From Arenicellales bacterium (GTDB lineage: Bacteria; Pseudomonadota; Gammaproteobacteria; Arenicellales; JAJDZL01), in the NCBI GenBank assembly GCA_963664525.1, contig OY761535.1, positions 1,295,314 through 1,359,313 of the forward strand: a stretch of DNA of 64,000 bases, written 5' to 3'. The notes under the pieces were generated by a model. That model had not been told where the DNA came from. It saw nothing but the letters and a program-made list of their open reading frames with translations, and searched no databases. Made by a program: the position numbers and the translations under genes. Below, one piece after another: positions 54,615 through 63,348 of the stretch (positions are counted from its first letter, which is position 1; each line of letters opens with the position of its first letter).

Positions 54615-55355
54615 ATGCCAATTCATGAAGAATCGCTGATTCGACCTGAAAATCTCAAACAGCATGATCAATTGAATATCGACAATGTCGATGTTTCAGG
54701 ACATTGGAGCACCTTTATTGAGTCCCGTGTTGTCAATGATTACAACGAGAACTTAGAAAACGAAGTCGCTGCGTTTCCAGGCGGTGCCTACATCCATCGT
54801 TGCTGGCAATGTGGTGCCTGCACCAATTCATGTACTGTGAATGCGCTCAACCCAGATTTTAATCCCCGATACTGGATCTATCTTGCGCGACTGGGTATGG
54901 AGCAGGAACTTTTGCGAGACAAGGACATCATCTGGCAATGTGTTTCCTGTCATCGCTGTACGCATGTTTGTCCCAGGGATGTGGAACCGGAAGGAGTGAT
55001 GAAAGCACTGTCACACTGGCTGGAAGCCAAAGGGCACACGCCGAAATCTCAATCGCATCACTTTGACGAAGAATTTTACGAGCAGGTTTTGGAGACTGGA
55101 AAAATTGAAGAAGGTCGAATCATTCGAAACTACTTTGCCCGAACCGGTCAACCGTTGCGTCAAAACTGGCTGATACGCATCGTCATAAATCTGGTCCGAG
55201 GACTGCCTTTGACACTACTGACTCGAATGGGTCTGGCAACGATTTTAAGACCCAGGACAAAAAACTGGAAAAAAGACAGGGAAGCGATTGCAGAATTAAT
55301 TGAATCCAAAAAAGCCGAAAGAAAACAAATTCTTGAAGGAAACCAATCATCATGA
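54615..55355 (+). CDS. hdrC2: sHdrC2
   Basis: Contains CWQCGACTNSCT and CVSCHRCTHVCP. Confidence 0.85.
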   Translation: MPIHEESLIRPENLKQHDQLNIDNVDVSGHWSTFIESRVVNDYNENLENEVAAFPGGAYIHRCWQCGACTNSCTVNALNPDFNPRYWIYLARLGMEQELLRDKDIIWQCVSCHRCTHVCPRDVEPEGVMKALSHWLEAKGHTPKSQSHHFDEEFYEQVLETGKIEEGRIIRNYFARTGQPLRQNWLIRIVINLVRGLPLTLLTRMGLATILRPRTKNWKKDREAIAELIESKKAERKQILEGNQSS

Positions 55356-56296
55356 GTAGCAATAACACGTTGCGAGACGATCTGAAAACGGTTGCATATT
55401 ATCCGGGCTGCGCCCTAGAAGGTAGCGGCCACGCTTACAATCGATCGACAAAACGAATCGCAAAAAGTTTGGGATTGAAGTTGGTTGAGGTCGAAAACTG
55501 GAATTGCTGTGGTGCAATGGAAGTGAAAAACATCGACCCGGAAGTGCAAAATTATCTTTCTGTGCGCAATATGTCAATCGCCAAGCACAAAATGGGGTTG
55601 GACGTTGTGATGGCACCGTGCAATGGCTGCTACCACAATTTGAAAAAAGCAGAACACGACGTAACGCACAAAGAACAAACACGCCAAACTCTAAAGAAAA
55701 TGTCTGAGAAAACCGGGCAAACGGAATATCAGCCAGGCGATGTTGAAACCATTCACGCGCTTGATTGGATAAAGCACAGCATTGGAGAAGAAAATATTGC
55801 TCGTAAAGTCAAAAGGTCTCTGTCTGGCCTGAAAATTGCCAACTATTACGGTTGCATGTACACCAGGCCACGTCACATCTTTCCGGAAAAAGATCAAGGG
55901 GAAGGCAGTGAGTCAACATCCAACCCGCATTTTATGGATGACCTGCTCAGAGCAGCAGGTGCGCAGATCGTTGATTTTCCGCTCAAAACCGCTTGTTGTG
56001 GTGGAGCGCATACTTTGTCTGACTGCGACACATCGACAAAACTCGTGCTCAATATTCTCCAGGCAGCCGAAGCTTGTGGCGCGAATGTCATCGCAACTGA
56101 GTGTCCAACCTGTCATAGCGGGCTGGAAATGCATCAGGTCAGAGCGCAAGAGACATTAGGCATCAAGACTCAGGCAGTCATGCTTTATTTCACACAGCTT
56201 TTGGGACTTGCATTTGGAATTTCGCCACGCCAGCTTGGCGTTCATGAGAATATCTCTGAGTCTTTGGGCCTGCTGAAACAAAAAGGTCTTGTATGA
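55352..56296 (+). CDS. hdrB2: sHdrB2 (two CCG domains)
   Basis: Contains NWNCCGAMEV and KTACCGGAHT. The start overlaps the hdrC2 stop (ATGA). Confidence 0.85.
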   Translation: MSSNNTLRDDLKTVAYYPGCALEGSGHAYNRSTKRIAKSLGLKLVEVENWNCCGAMEVKNIDPEVQNYLSVRNMSIAKHKMGLDVVMAPCNGCYHNLKKAEHDVTHKEQTRQTLKKMSEKTGQTEYQPGDVETIHALDWIKHSIGEENIARKVKRSLSGLKIANYYGCMYTRPRHIFPEKDQGEGSESTSNPHFMDDLLRAAGAQIVDFPLKTACCGGAHTLSDCDTSTKLVLNILQAAEACGANVIATECPTCHSGLEMHQVRAQETLGIKTQAVMLYFTQLLGLAFGISPRQLGVHENISESLGLLKQKGLV

Positions 56297-56706
56297 ATAA
56301 TTTCGCCGACATTGAACGCGGCATTTTGTCAGCTAAGGATGATCCTCATGAAATTGCAGACCCTGGCGAACATCTACTGCGGATTGGAGAGGCAATTTTA
56401 GAAAATTGGCTGATCGCCCACGGTATCACACCGACCCAAGATAAACGTGAAGGATTTCGTCTGCTGGCACTGCATCGACAAGGTGCAAAGCACCAACCGT
56501 CTTTTCATGCCTGTCGAGAAACATGCAGGGAACTGATTTACCAGATTAATCTAATTCAAATGAAAAACGACCCACAGCAAATCACCCTGGCAGCACTGGT
56601 CGCAATGCACTTACTGCTATTTATTCGCGGTAAGATGGAAATCCAGGAATTGGGAGAATTTTGCTGCAATTCTACAACTGCAACCACTTCAGTAGGAGAT
56701 CGATGA
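56293..56706 (+). CDS. hypothetical 137-aa protein translationally coupled between hdrB2 and lbpA
   Basis: The ATG overlaps the hdrB2 stop (ATGA), and its stop lies 1 nt before the lbpA ATG. It has Cys pairs (HACRETCRE, EFCC) and no recognisable domain. Confidence 0.5.
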   Translation: MNNFADIERGILSAKDDPHEIADPGEHLLRIGEAILENWLIAHGITPTQDKREGFRLLALHRQGAKHQPSFHACRETCRELIYQINLIQMKNDPQQITLAALVAMHLLLFIRGKMEIQELGEFCCNSTTATTSVGDR

Positions 56707-56707
56707 A

Positions 56708-57151
56708 ATGGCTCACGTACGAGGGTGTGAACTACCGGATGAACTGCTATACGATGTTGACAACAACATTTGGTACCGCGAAAACGATGACGAAACGATT
56801 ACTGTTGGTATGACTGCAATCGCCGGTGCGATGGCTGGACAAATCGTTGCAATAACACCCAAACGGGCTGGACGTAAAGTGACACCAGGCAGAAGTTGTG
56901 CAACGGTCGAATCTGGGAAATGGGTGGGTCCCGCTAAATTACTGAGCGGTGGTGAAGTGGTTGAAGTGAACAAGGATATCGTCACGACACCAAGCCTTGC
57001 CAATTCTGAACCCTATGGCAATGGATGGCTGCTCAAAGTCAAGGTTGATGACTGGAGTTCAATCAAGGCACAGTTAACCACAGGCACAGACATTGCCGAG
57101 CCTTATGAAGCGAAAATGGCGGCGGATGGATTTGAAGGCTGCGATTCCTGA
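56708..57151 (+). CDS. lbpA: lipoate-binding protein LbpA (GcvH-like)
   Basis: 147 aa with lipoyl-lysine motif CATVESGKWVGPAKLLSGGEVVEVN. Confidence 0.85.
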   Translation: MAHVRGCELPDELLYDVDNNIWYRENDDETITVGMTAIAGAMAGQIVAITPKRAGRKVTPGRSCATVESGKWVGPAKLLSGGEVVEVNKDIVTTPSLANSEPYGNGWLLKVKVDDWSSIKAQLTTGTDIAEPYEAKMAADGFEGCDS

Positions 57152-57229
57152 CAGGGCTCCTGTACCTAAACATGTTATTTTTCTGAGTACTTAATTTCGA
57201 CCACCTTGATCCAACAGGAGAGACAACAC

Positions 57230-57454
57230 ATGCCGGATCAAACACTTGATACAAAAGGATTGAATTGTCCGCTGCCAATTTTGAAGGCCAAAAAGTCGCT
57301 TGCCCAAATGGAAGCTGGGCAAACCCTTGAAGTTCTGTCAACGGACCCGGGGTCAGTTCTGGATTTTGAAGCACTTTGCCGTCAAACCGGCCATGAATTG
57401 CTGGAATCGAGTAAAGAAGATGGAATTTATATTTTTTTGCTGAAGAAAGTTTGA
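57230..57454 (+). CDS. tusA: TusA-family sulfurtransferase
   Basis: MPDQTLDTKGLNCPLPILKAKKSL contains the CPxP motif. AGGAGA lies 8 nt upstream of the ATG at 57230. The track start at 57206 is a TTG. Confidence 0.85.
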   Translation: MPDQTLDTKGLNCPLPILKAKKSLAQMEAGQTLEVLSTDPGSVLDFEALCRQTGHELLESSKEDGIYIFLLKKV

Positions 57455-57520
57455 TTGATTCACTTCGCCTGTACAAAGATATAAGTTGATTCGCACCGAT
57501 CCTGTAGGACAAATTCCAAG

Positions 57521-57558
57521 AATTGCCTTTCTAACCGTCTAGGATTAGAAAGGCAATT
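57521..57558. terminator. perfect 14-bp stem-loop between convergent tusA and the OLD-like gene
   Basis: AATTGCCTTTCTAA (57521-57534), a 10-nt loop, then TTAGAAAGGCAATT (57545-57558). Confidence 0.5.
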
Positions 57559-57577
57559 AATATTTGGATCGGTTCTA

Positions 57578-59323
57578 TCAATAAGATGCACTTTCGGCAA
57601 CTTTAACAATTGCACCAATTTTTTCTTCTATTTCCGGAGCAATTTCGTTTTCAGGAACGCATTTGGCCAATCTGTGAAAATTGGACTTTTCCATCATATT
57701 TGGTAAGTCAAGCTTGCTGTAGAAATTTCGAAACAAAGGCTTTAGAAATTCATCACTGACCTTCAAGTCATCGCTCCATACATCCCCTTTTCCTAAGGCT
57801 TCCAAGGCCTGGGTTATTTCAGTAATAGATTGATCCATCACAAGCAGACGATTTTTTAGTGCTGCATCTCGCAAAAGCGGGTAATCCTCCCATTCTTGGT
57901 TAATTGATTCCTCAACGAATGCTTTCAGCGTTCCAGGGGAGCAAAGATAATTCTCAATTTCTCGTTTCTGCCACATCAATTGAACAAAGTTCGGGTTCTT
58001 TTCCCTATCCGATTCAATTCGGTCGAATAATGCTATACCTTTAAGGTTCGGAAATGCCTCTCTCAAACCATAAAAATGCGTCTCAGCAGCGCTTTGAGAA
58101 TTCCCTACATAGTGAACAAACGGCATGTCTAATATGCTCACGGCTTGCTCATTTCCGATTCTTTTCGCAAAAGCTCGTAAAATTTCCAAGTCTGTAGACC
58201 CTTCGAGGTAAAGCACCCATCCCATTTGTTCTGCCTGATAATATTCACCCCAACCGATTTGAGCTAGTGCCTTATAAACTTGGCTCCCTCGATCTCCAAT
58301 TCGATGAGGTTCTCCAACAAAGGCTACGACCACGTCTTTACCTGCAGCCTCGTTCAGAATAATTTCAGAATGACTCGCCACAATTATCTGGCTGCCTAAC
58401 TCTGAGGCGATCTCACTAATTTGTCGATAAATTCCTCTTTGACGAAGTATTTCAAGATGAGCATCTGGTTCGTCCAGAAGAATGACTGAATTTTGATTTA
58501 CTCGCATATAAGCCAACAATAGCAAGGTTTGCTGTAGTCCTCGTCCACTTGATGACAGATCGAATTCACAATCTCCTTCTTGGTAATTCATTGTGATTTC
58601 ACCGCGTTCAGGCACATATTTAGGTGCCTTAAGCTTCACCCCGAAGAGTTTGCGGATGTCATTCACCAATACTTTCCATTGATCTTCATTTGCCTCCCAA
58701 ACGCTCCAGCAAAGATTACGTAGAATTTCCGCAGTACGTCCTTCACCGATTCTGACATTCACTGTTCCCAATTCAAGCCTAGTTTCATTGGCTGCTAATC
58801 CTGACATTGGGGGAAGATAAGCAATCTTTATCGATGAAACACACTCCGGTACTGGCATGCGTTCGAGTTTTCCGTTTTGCTCAGTGCTAAGGGGACGGCA
58901 GTAAATTGATTCTGGATTAGCATAATCGAATTCAAATCCGCTTCGCCAATGCTCATTTCTTGTTATTCCTTCCAAGACAATTTCAATTCGAACATTTGCA
59001 GTCTTCTGAAGTCCATCAATTCTGGAAACTTCTCGTGTACGACAGTTTCTCCACAGCAAATTCGCACTCGGCTGTGGGATGGAAAGTAAGTCTCGACGAT
59101 TAATCGTGACGCCAGGACGTTTCTTGGGCGTTTTATTCTTAAGGGAGTGTTTTTCGTTCCATCGCTTCATCCCAATTTCCCACAAAGCCAGAGCCTGCAT
59201 TGCAGATGTTTTTCCAGAATTGTTGGGGCCAACAAAAACGACAGGGTCCGCCAAATCAATTGTCACTTGTTCGAAACGTTTAAAGTTTCGAATAGTCAGT
59301 TTAGTCAGCATATTTTCACTCAA
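57578..59323 (-). CDS. OLD-family-like ABC-type ATPase with a C-terminal Toprim/DUF4435-like domain
   Basis: 581 aa. It opens with LTIRNFKRFEQVTIDL. Walker A is FVGPNNSGKTS, the signature-like segment is SSSGRGLQQTL, Walker B is ILLDEPDAHLE, and ASHS follows. The C-terminal part contains VLYLEGSTDLEIL and ALFDRIESD. Monocistronic, with AT-rich flanks. Confidence 0.7.
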   Translation of the reverse strand: MSENMLTKLTIRNFKRFEQVTIDLADPVVFVGPNNSGKTSAMQALALWEIGMKRWNEKHSLKNKTPKKRPGVTINRRDLLSIPQPSANLLWRNCRTREVSRIDGLQKTANVRIEIVLEGITRNEHWRSGFEFDYANPESIYCRPLSTEQNGKLERMPVPECVSSIKIAYLPPMSGLAANETRLELGTVNVRIGEGRTAEILRNLCWSVWEANEDQWKVLVNDIRKLFGVKLKAPKYVPERGEITMNYQEGDCEFDLSSSGRGLQQTLLLLAYMRVNQNSVILLDEPDAHLEILRQRGIYRQISEIASELGSQIIVASHSEIILNEAAGKDVVVAFVGEPHRIGDRGSQVYKALAQIGWGEYYQAEQMGWVLYLEGSTDLEILRAFAKRIGNEQAVSILDMPFVHYVGNSQSAAETHFYGLREAFPNLKGIALFDRIESDREKNPNFVQLMWQKREIENYLCSPGTLKAFVEESINQEWEDYPLLRDAALKNRLLVMDQSITEITQALEALGKGDVWSDDLKVSDEFLKPLFRNFYSKLDLPNMMEKSNFHRLAKCVPENEIAPEIEEKIGAIVKVAESASY

Positions 59324-59821
59324 TTGATGGGTGGTCTATATGTTACTTGATGAACTTTGGACAGGTCAAACGTGATTACATGTCCACGAAATTTGACGAG
59401 GAAAGTTAAAGGGATTAATCCAGTCGTTACGCTTTGCAAAAATTTATAGATCCCTCAGGTAGGAACATTCATTTTATACAGCTCATGTGCTATCACATTA
59501 ATACAGTTATTTTGCCCTGTGCCAAGCGATTAATGTCTAGATTTATCAGCAGCCTTGAGTTTTCTAATGTTGTAATTTCAATGGCTTAAAGAATGGCTCA
59601 TCAGTTACTGTAAGATGACCTCGAACACATTGAGAAAATGCGAATAGGATTCAGTTCATATAGCATTGATAGAAACATGAATCGACCTGTTTAGTCAATC
59701 CAAAAAGACAGGGAGGGAAGTCGTATTTTTCGAACTCTGTCTAGCTCCAGATGCTTGATAGATTGTGTTACGCACTCGCTTGAGTTTCACACAAACTCAT
59801 TGATTGACTTTAATGAATTGT

Positions 59822-60514
59822 TCAGACTTTACGAGGACGCAAATGTTCGTGCCAGCGAAATTCAATCCGCTTGAAGATCCAGATGATGGTAAAAGTCAAA
59901 ATCAGGTAGAACACCCCGGCGGTGATGAATGATTCAAATGGTACAAAGTGCCGGGAATTAACAATTCTTGCTGCGCCAAACAGATCGATGATCGTGATCA
60001 CACCCGCTAATGCACTGCCGTGCAACATAAAGATCACCTCGTTACCGTAAGCGGGCAATGCTCGACGGAATGAACTGGGAAGTATGATCCGTCTCAAAAT
60101 GAGCCAGCCTGACATACCGCTGGCTCGCCCTGCCTCGATTTCCCCATACGGAGTCGCGATAATAGCCCCGCGCAGAATCTCCGCAGTGTAAGCAGCTGTA
60201 TTCAGTGAAAATGCAATCAATGCACAGGTGTATGCTTCCTTGAAAATCGGCCAAAAAATACTCTCGCGCAAAGGCTCAAACTGACCTGCGCCAAAATAGA
60301 TCATGTACATTTGAACGATGAGCGGTGTCCCTCGAAAAAAGTAAATGAACGCTTTTGGTAAAAAAGTCACCCAAACAACATTGCGACTCGACAGCAGGCC
60401 GATTGGAACCGCGAGCACTAGACCAACAACAAGTGAAATGACGACCAACTCAACTGTCGTCACCAAACCATCGAGGTAAAGCGGAAGATTACTTACAATC
60501 GCTTCAAAATCCAT
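59822..60514 (-). CDS. polar amino-acid ABC permease (HisM-like)
   Basis: 230 aa, polytopic, with EAA-type loop YGEIEAGRASGMSGWLILRRIILP. Confidence 0.85.
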   Translation of the reverse strand: MDFEAIVSNLPLYLDGLVTTVELVVISLVVGLVLAVPIGLLSSRNVVWVTFLPKAFIYFFRGTPLIVQMYMIYFGAGQFEPLRESIFWPIFKEAYTCALIAFSLNTAAYTAEILRGAIIATPYGEIEAGRASGMSGWLILRRIILPSSFRRALPAYGNEVIFMLHGSALAGVITIIDLFGAARIVNSRHFVPFESFITAGVFYLILTFTIIWIFKRIEFRWHEHLRPRKV

Positions 60515-60520
60515 GGCCGT

Positions 60521-61240
60521 CTATGCCCTTCTTACGCCGACACTGTAGCGTCTGTCCAGCCAGCGCAGCCCAACGTCTGATACTGCAGTAATGACTAGGT
60601 ACAGCGCCGCGACAACAAAATAAAAAGTAAACGGCTGCCTTAACGAGCCTCCAGCCTGGGTCGCCCGAAAAACCATGTCTTCCAAGCCAATGACCGAGAC
60701 CAACGCCGTCGTTTTCGCAAGAACCAGCCAATTGTTACCAAATCCAGGCAAGGCATGCCTCACACAAGCTGGAAACGTGACAAGAAGAAAGACTTGTATC
60801 GGAGTCATCCCGTATGCAAATCCAGCTTCAATCTCACCTCTAGGGACCGCCAGGATCGCACCGCGGAAAGTCTCCGCCATGTATGCTCCAAATATAAAGC
60901 CGATCGTGACTACGCCTGCTGTGAACTCGCTCACCTCAATGTAATCAAGTCCAAGTTGATCCCCGATTATGTTCACAAGCAACTGTCCACCAAAGAATAT
61001 GATGAACATCAAAACAATATCGGGTACACCCCTGATCAGGGTTGTATATGCGCCTGCAATAAATCTCGCCGTGCGATTGTTGGACAATTTTGCAACGGCA
61101 CCAAGCATTCCCAGAGCGAGTGCAAAAACTAAAGAAAGAACTGCCAATTCAACCGTCAACAGCATTCCTTCAAGAATAAACGGATACAAGTATCCGCCCA
61201 GAACGCCGCTTAACTTTTCAACCAGAAATTCGTGCATCAC
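60521..61240 (-). CDS. polar amino-acid ABC permease (HisQ-like)
   Basis: 239 aa, polytopic, with loop RGEIEAGFAYGMTPIQVFLLVTFP. Confidence 0.85.
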   Translation of the reverse strand: MMHEFLVEKLSGVLGGYLYPFILEGMLLTVELAVLSLVFALALGMLGAVAKLSNNRTARFIAGAYTTLIRGVPDIVLMFIIFFGGQLLVNIIGDQLGLDYIEVSEFTAGVVTIGFIFGAYMAETFRGAILAVPRGEIEAGFAYGMTPIQVFLLVTFPACVRHALPGFGNNWLVLAKTTALVSVIGLEDMVFRATQAGGSLRQPFTFYFVVAALYLVITAVSDVGLRWLDRRYSVGVRRA

Positions 61241-61324
61241 TTCATTGGTATTTGGAAAAATTGGCCGCCGACATTAAATCCGACGGCCTTAAATAACAGT
61301 TTCAATATTCAGATTCGTTGAATA

Positions 61325-62110
61325 TCAGTTTCCGAAAACGTCGAATTCAAAATATTTGTCGTTGATTTCCTGATATTTCCCATTGGCACGGATTGCATCA
61401 ATTGCAGCATTGAACTTATCCACCAAATCCTGGTTTTTTTTACGAATTGCAATGCCTGCACCTTCGCCAAAATACTCCGGGTCAGTATATCCAGGGCCTA
61501 CAAATTCCCATCCGGCGCCTTCATCCGTGTTCAAGAATCCATCGGCCATCGCAACCGAATCTGCCAACAGCAAATCCAATCGACCGGCAACAGCATCCAG
61601 ATACGCTTCATCTTGCGATCCATAGCGTCTTATATCCACCGCATCGCCAAACTTGTTAGTGACAAAATTGTCATGCGTGGTCGCCCGCTGAACGCCAACA
61701 GTCTTGCCATTGAGTCCTTCACTTGAAATCTCGTTCCCTGCACCTTTCGCCTGTGCAAATTTCGCTGGTGTACTGTAGTACTTTTTGGTAAACGCGACTT
61801 TCTTCTTTCGCTCCTCGGTGATGGACATCGAAGCAATAATGGCGTCATACTTACGCGCCAGTAGTGCAGGAATAATTCCATCCCAATCTTGCTGAATAAG
61901 CTCGCATTCTGCACCGATTTCGTCGCACAGTGCACGCGCAATTTCGATATCGAAACCTTGCAGTTCACCACTTGCAGTAACTGAACTAAAAGGTGGATAA
62001 GCCCCTTCAACTCCAATACGAATCTTGTTCCAATCGTCTGCAAAGGCGGATGAACCCAAAGCCATTGTGGCCAATAAGACGAGTGTAGTCATAGTTTTTT
62101 TCATCAACAA
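61325..62110 (-). CDS. periplasmic Lys/Arg/Orn/His-type substrate-binding protein
   Basis: 261 aa with a signal peptide (TTLVLLATMALGSSAFA). The family-3 SBP pattern is IRIGVEGAYPPFS...GFDIEIARALC...WDGIIPALLARKYDAIIASMSIT. Confidence 0.85.
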   Translation of the reverse strand: MLMKKTMTTLVLLATMALGSSAFADDWNKIRIGVEGAYPPFSSVTASGELQGFDIEIARALCDEIGAECELIQQDWDGIIPALLARKYDAIIASMSITEERKKKVAFTKKYYSTPAKFAQAKGAGNEISSEGLNGKTVGVQRATTHDNFVTNKFGDAVDIRRYGSQDEAYLDAVAGRLDLLLADSVAMADGFLNTDEGAGWEFVGPGYTDPEYFGEGAGIAIRKKNQDLVDKFNAAIDAIRANGKYQEINDKYFEFDVFGN

Positions 62111-62143
62111 TTTTCTCCTTAATGATTAGATTAGTCGTTTGAA

Positions 62144-62938
62144 TTACTTTAAACTCCCTGAAAGAAACTCCTTGAACCGGGCCGATTTTGGATGGTCAAA
62201 TACCTCGTGCGGAGAACCATCTTCTTCCACCCTACCCTGATGTAAAAACAGAACACGGTTTGACACTTCTCTCGCAAATCCCATCTCGTGAGTTACAACT
62301 AGCATTGTTGAACCGTCCTCCGCCAATGATCGCATCACCTGCAACACTTCTCCTACCAGCTCAGGATCAAGTGCTGATGTCGGTTCATCGAACAGCATCA
62401 GATCAGGGCTCATTGCCAAGGCTCGTGCAATTGCAACTCGCTGCTGCTGTCCTCCCGACAGATGGGCCGGATAGTAGTCTTTTCGATCAATCAAACCCAC
62501 TCTCTCCAGCACCGATTCGGCTTGTTCTTTTGCTTCCTTCTTCGGAATTTTGAGGACATGGACTGGCGCTTCGTAGACGTTCTGAAGCACCGTCATGTGC
62601 GACCATAAATTGAATTGCTGAAATACCATGGCCAAACGCGAACGAATTCGATCAACTTGTTTTCGGTCGGCAGCAACAACATCACCATTGCGCAGTTTTT
62701 TCATCTCGATCAGTTCACCATTGACGCGAACCGTCCCAGAGGTTGGTATTTCAAGCAGATTGATGCAGCGCAAGAAAGTACTTTTACCAGAACCGCTGCT
62801 GCCCAGTATGGAAATTACGTCTTGGTCGTTGGCGGAAAGTGAGATGCCTTTGAGAACTTCAATTGATCCAAAATTTTTGTGGATATCTTCGACATCTAAT
62901 GCGGGATTCGTTTGTTGAGCGGAAGGGCTTTCGGTCAT
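62144..62938 (-). CDS. polar amino-acid ABC transporter ATP-binding protein (HisP-like)
   Basis: Has [24 protein letters not shown] and [12 protein letters not shown]. Confidence 0.9.
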   Translation of the reverse strand: MTESPSAQQTNPALDVEDIHKNFGSIEVLKGISLSANDQDVISILGSSGSGKSTFLRCINLLEIPTSGTVRVNGELIEMKKLRNGDVVAADRKQVDRIRSRLAMVFQQFNLWSHMTVLQNVYEAPVHVLKIPKKEAKEQAESVLERVGLIDRKDYYPAHLSGGQQQRVAIARALAMSPDLMLFDEPTSALDPELVGEVLQVMRSLAEDGSTMLVVTHEMGFAREVSNRVLFLHQGRVEEDGSPHEVFDHPKSARFKEFLSGSLK

Positions 62939-63348
62939 ATTCGCGACTCCGATGCGCAGGCCTTCAAAGTTTGTCTGTAATTAATGCCTTATACAACAAA
63001 TTTGAATTTTCTATTCAGCAAAATCAGACTTCAATTGTGAATTTCTGATTGGACACACAGAAATACCAGATTAAGAGCGTGAAAAGTAGATTGTGAACGT
63101 TGCAACATTGAAAAACTGTTGTAATCGCCACATCGTTAATTGACGAACTGGCTGATTTGCCACTCCAGAAATGAACGGACCTGACAATAACTGCCAAGTG
63201 GAGCATCCATGAGTATCATATTGATGCTAGTCTCTGCGAATGATTCTAGACCATGTTAAAATTCGCGATTTTCACTAAACTGATCCTCGACCCACTTTTG
63301 TGAACACTCAGCAAACGAAGTTACTCTGCCCAATTGCGAAACGAAATA

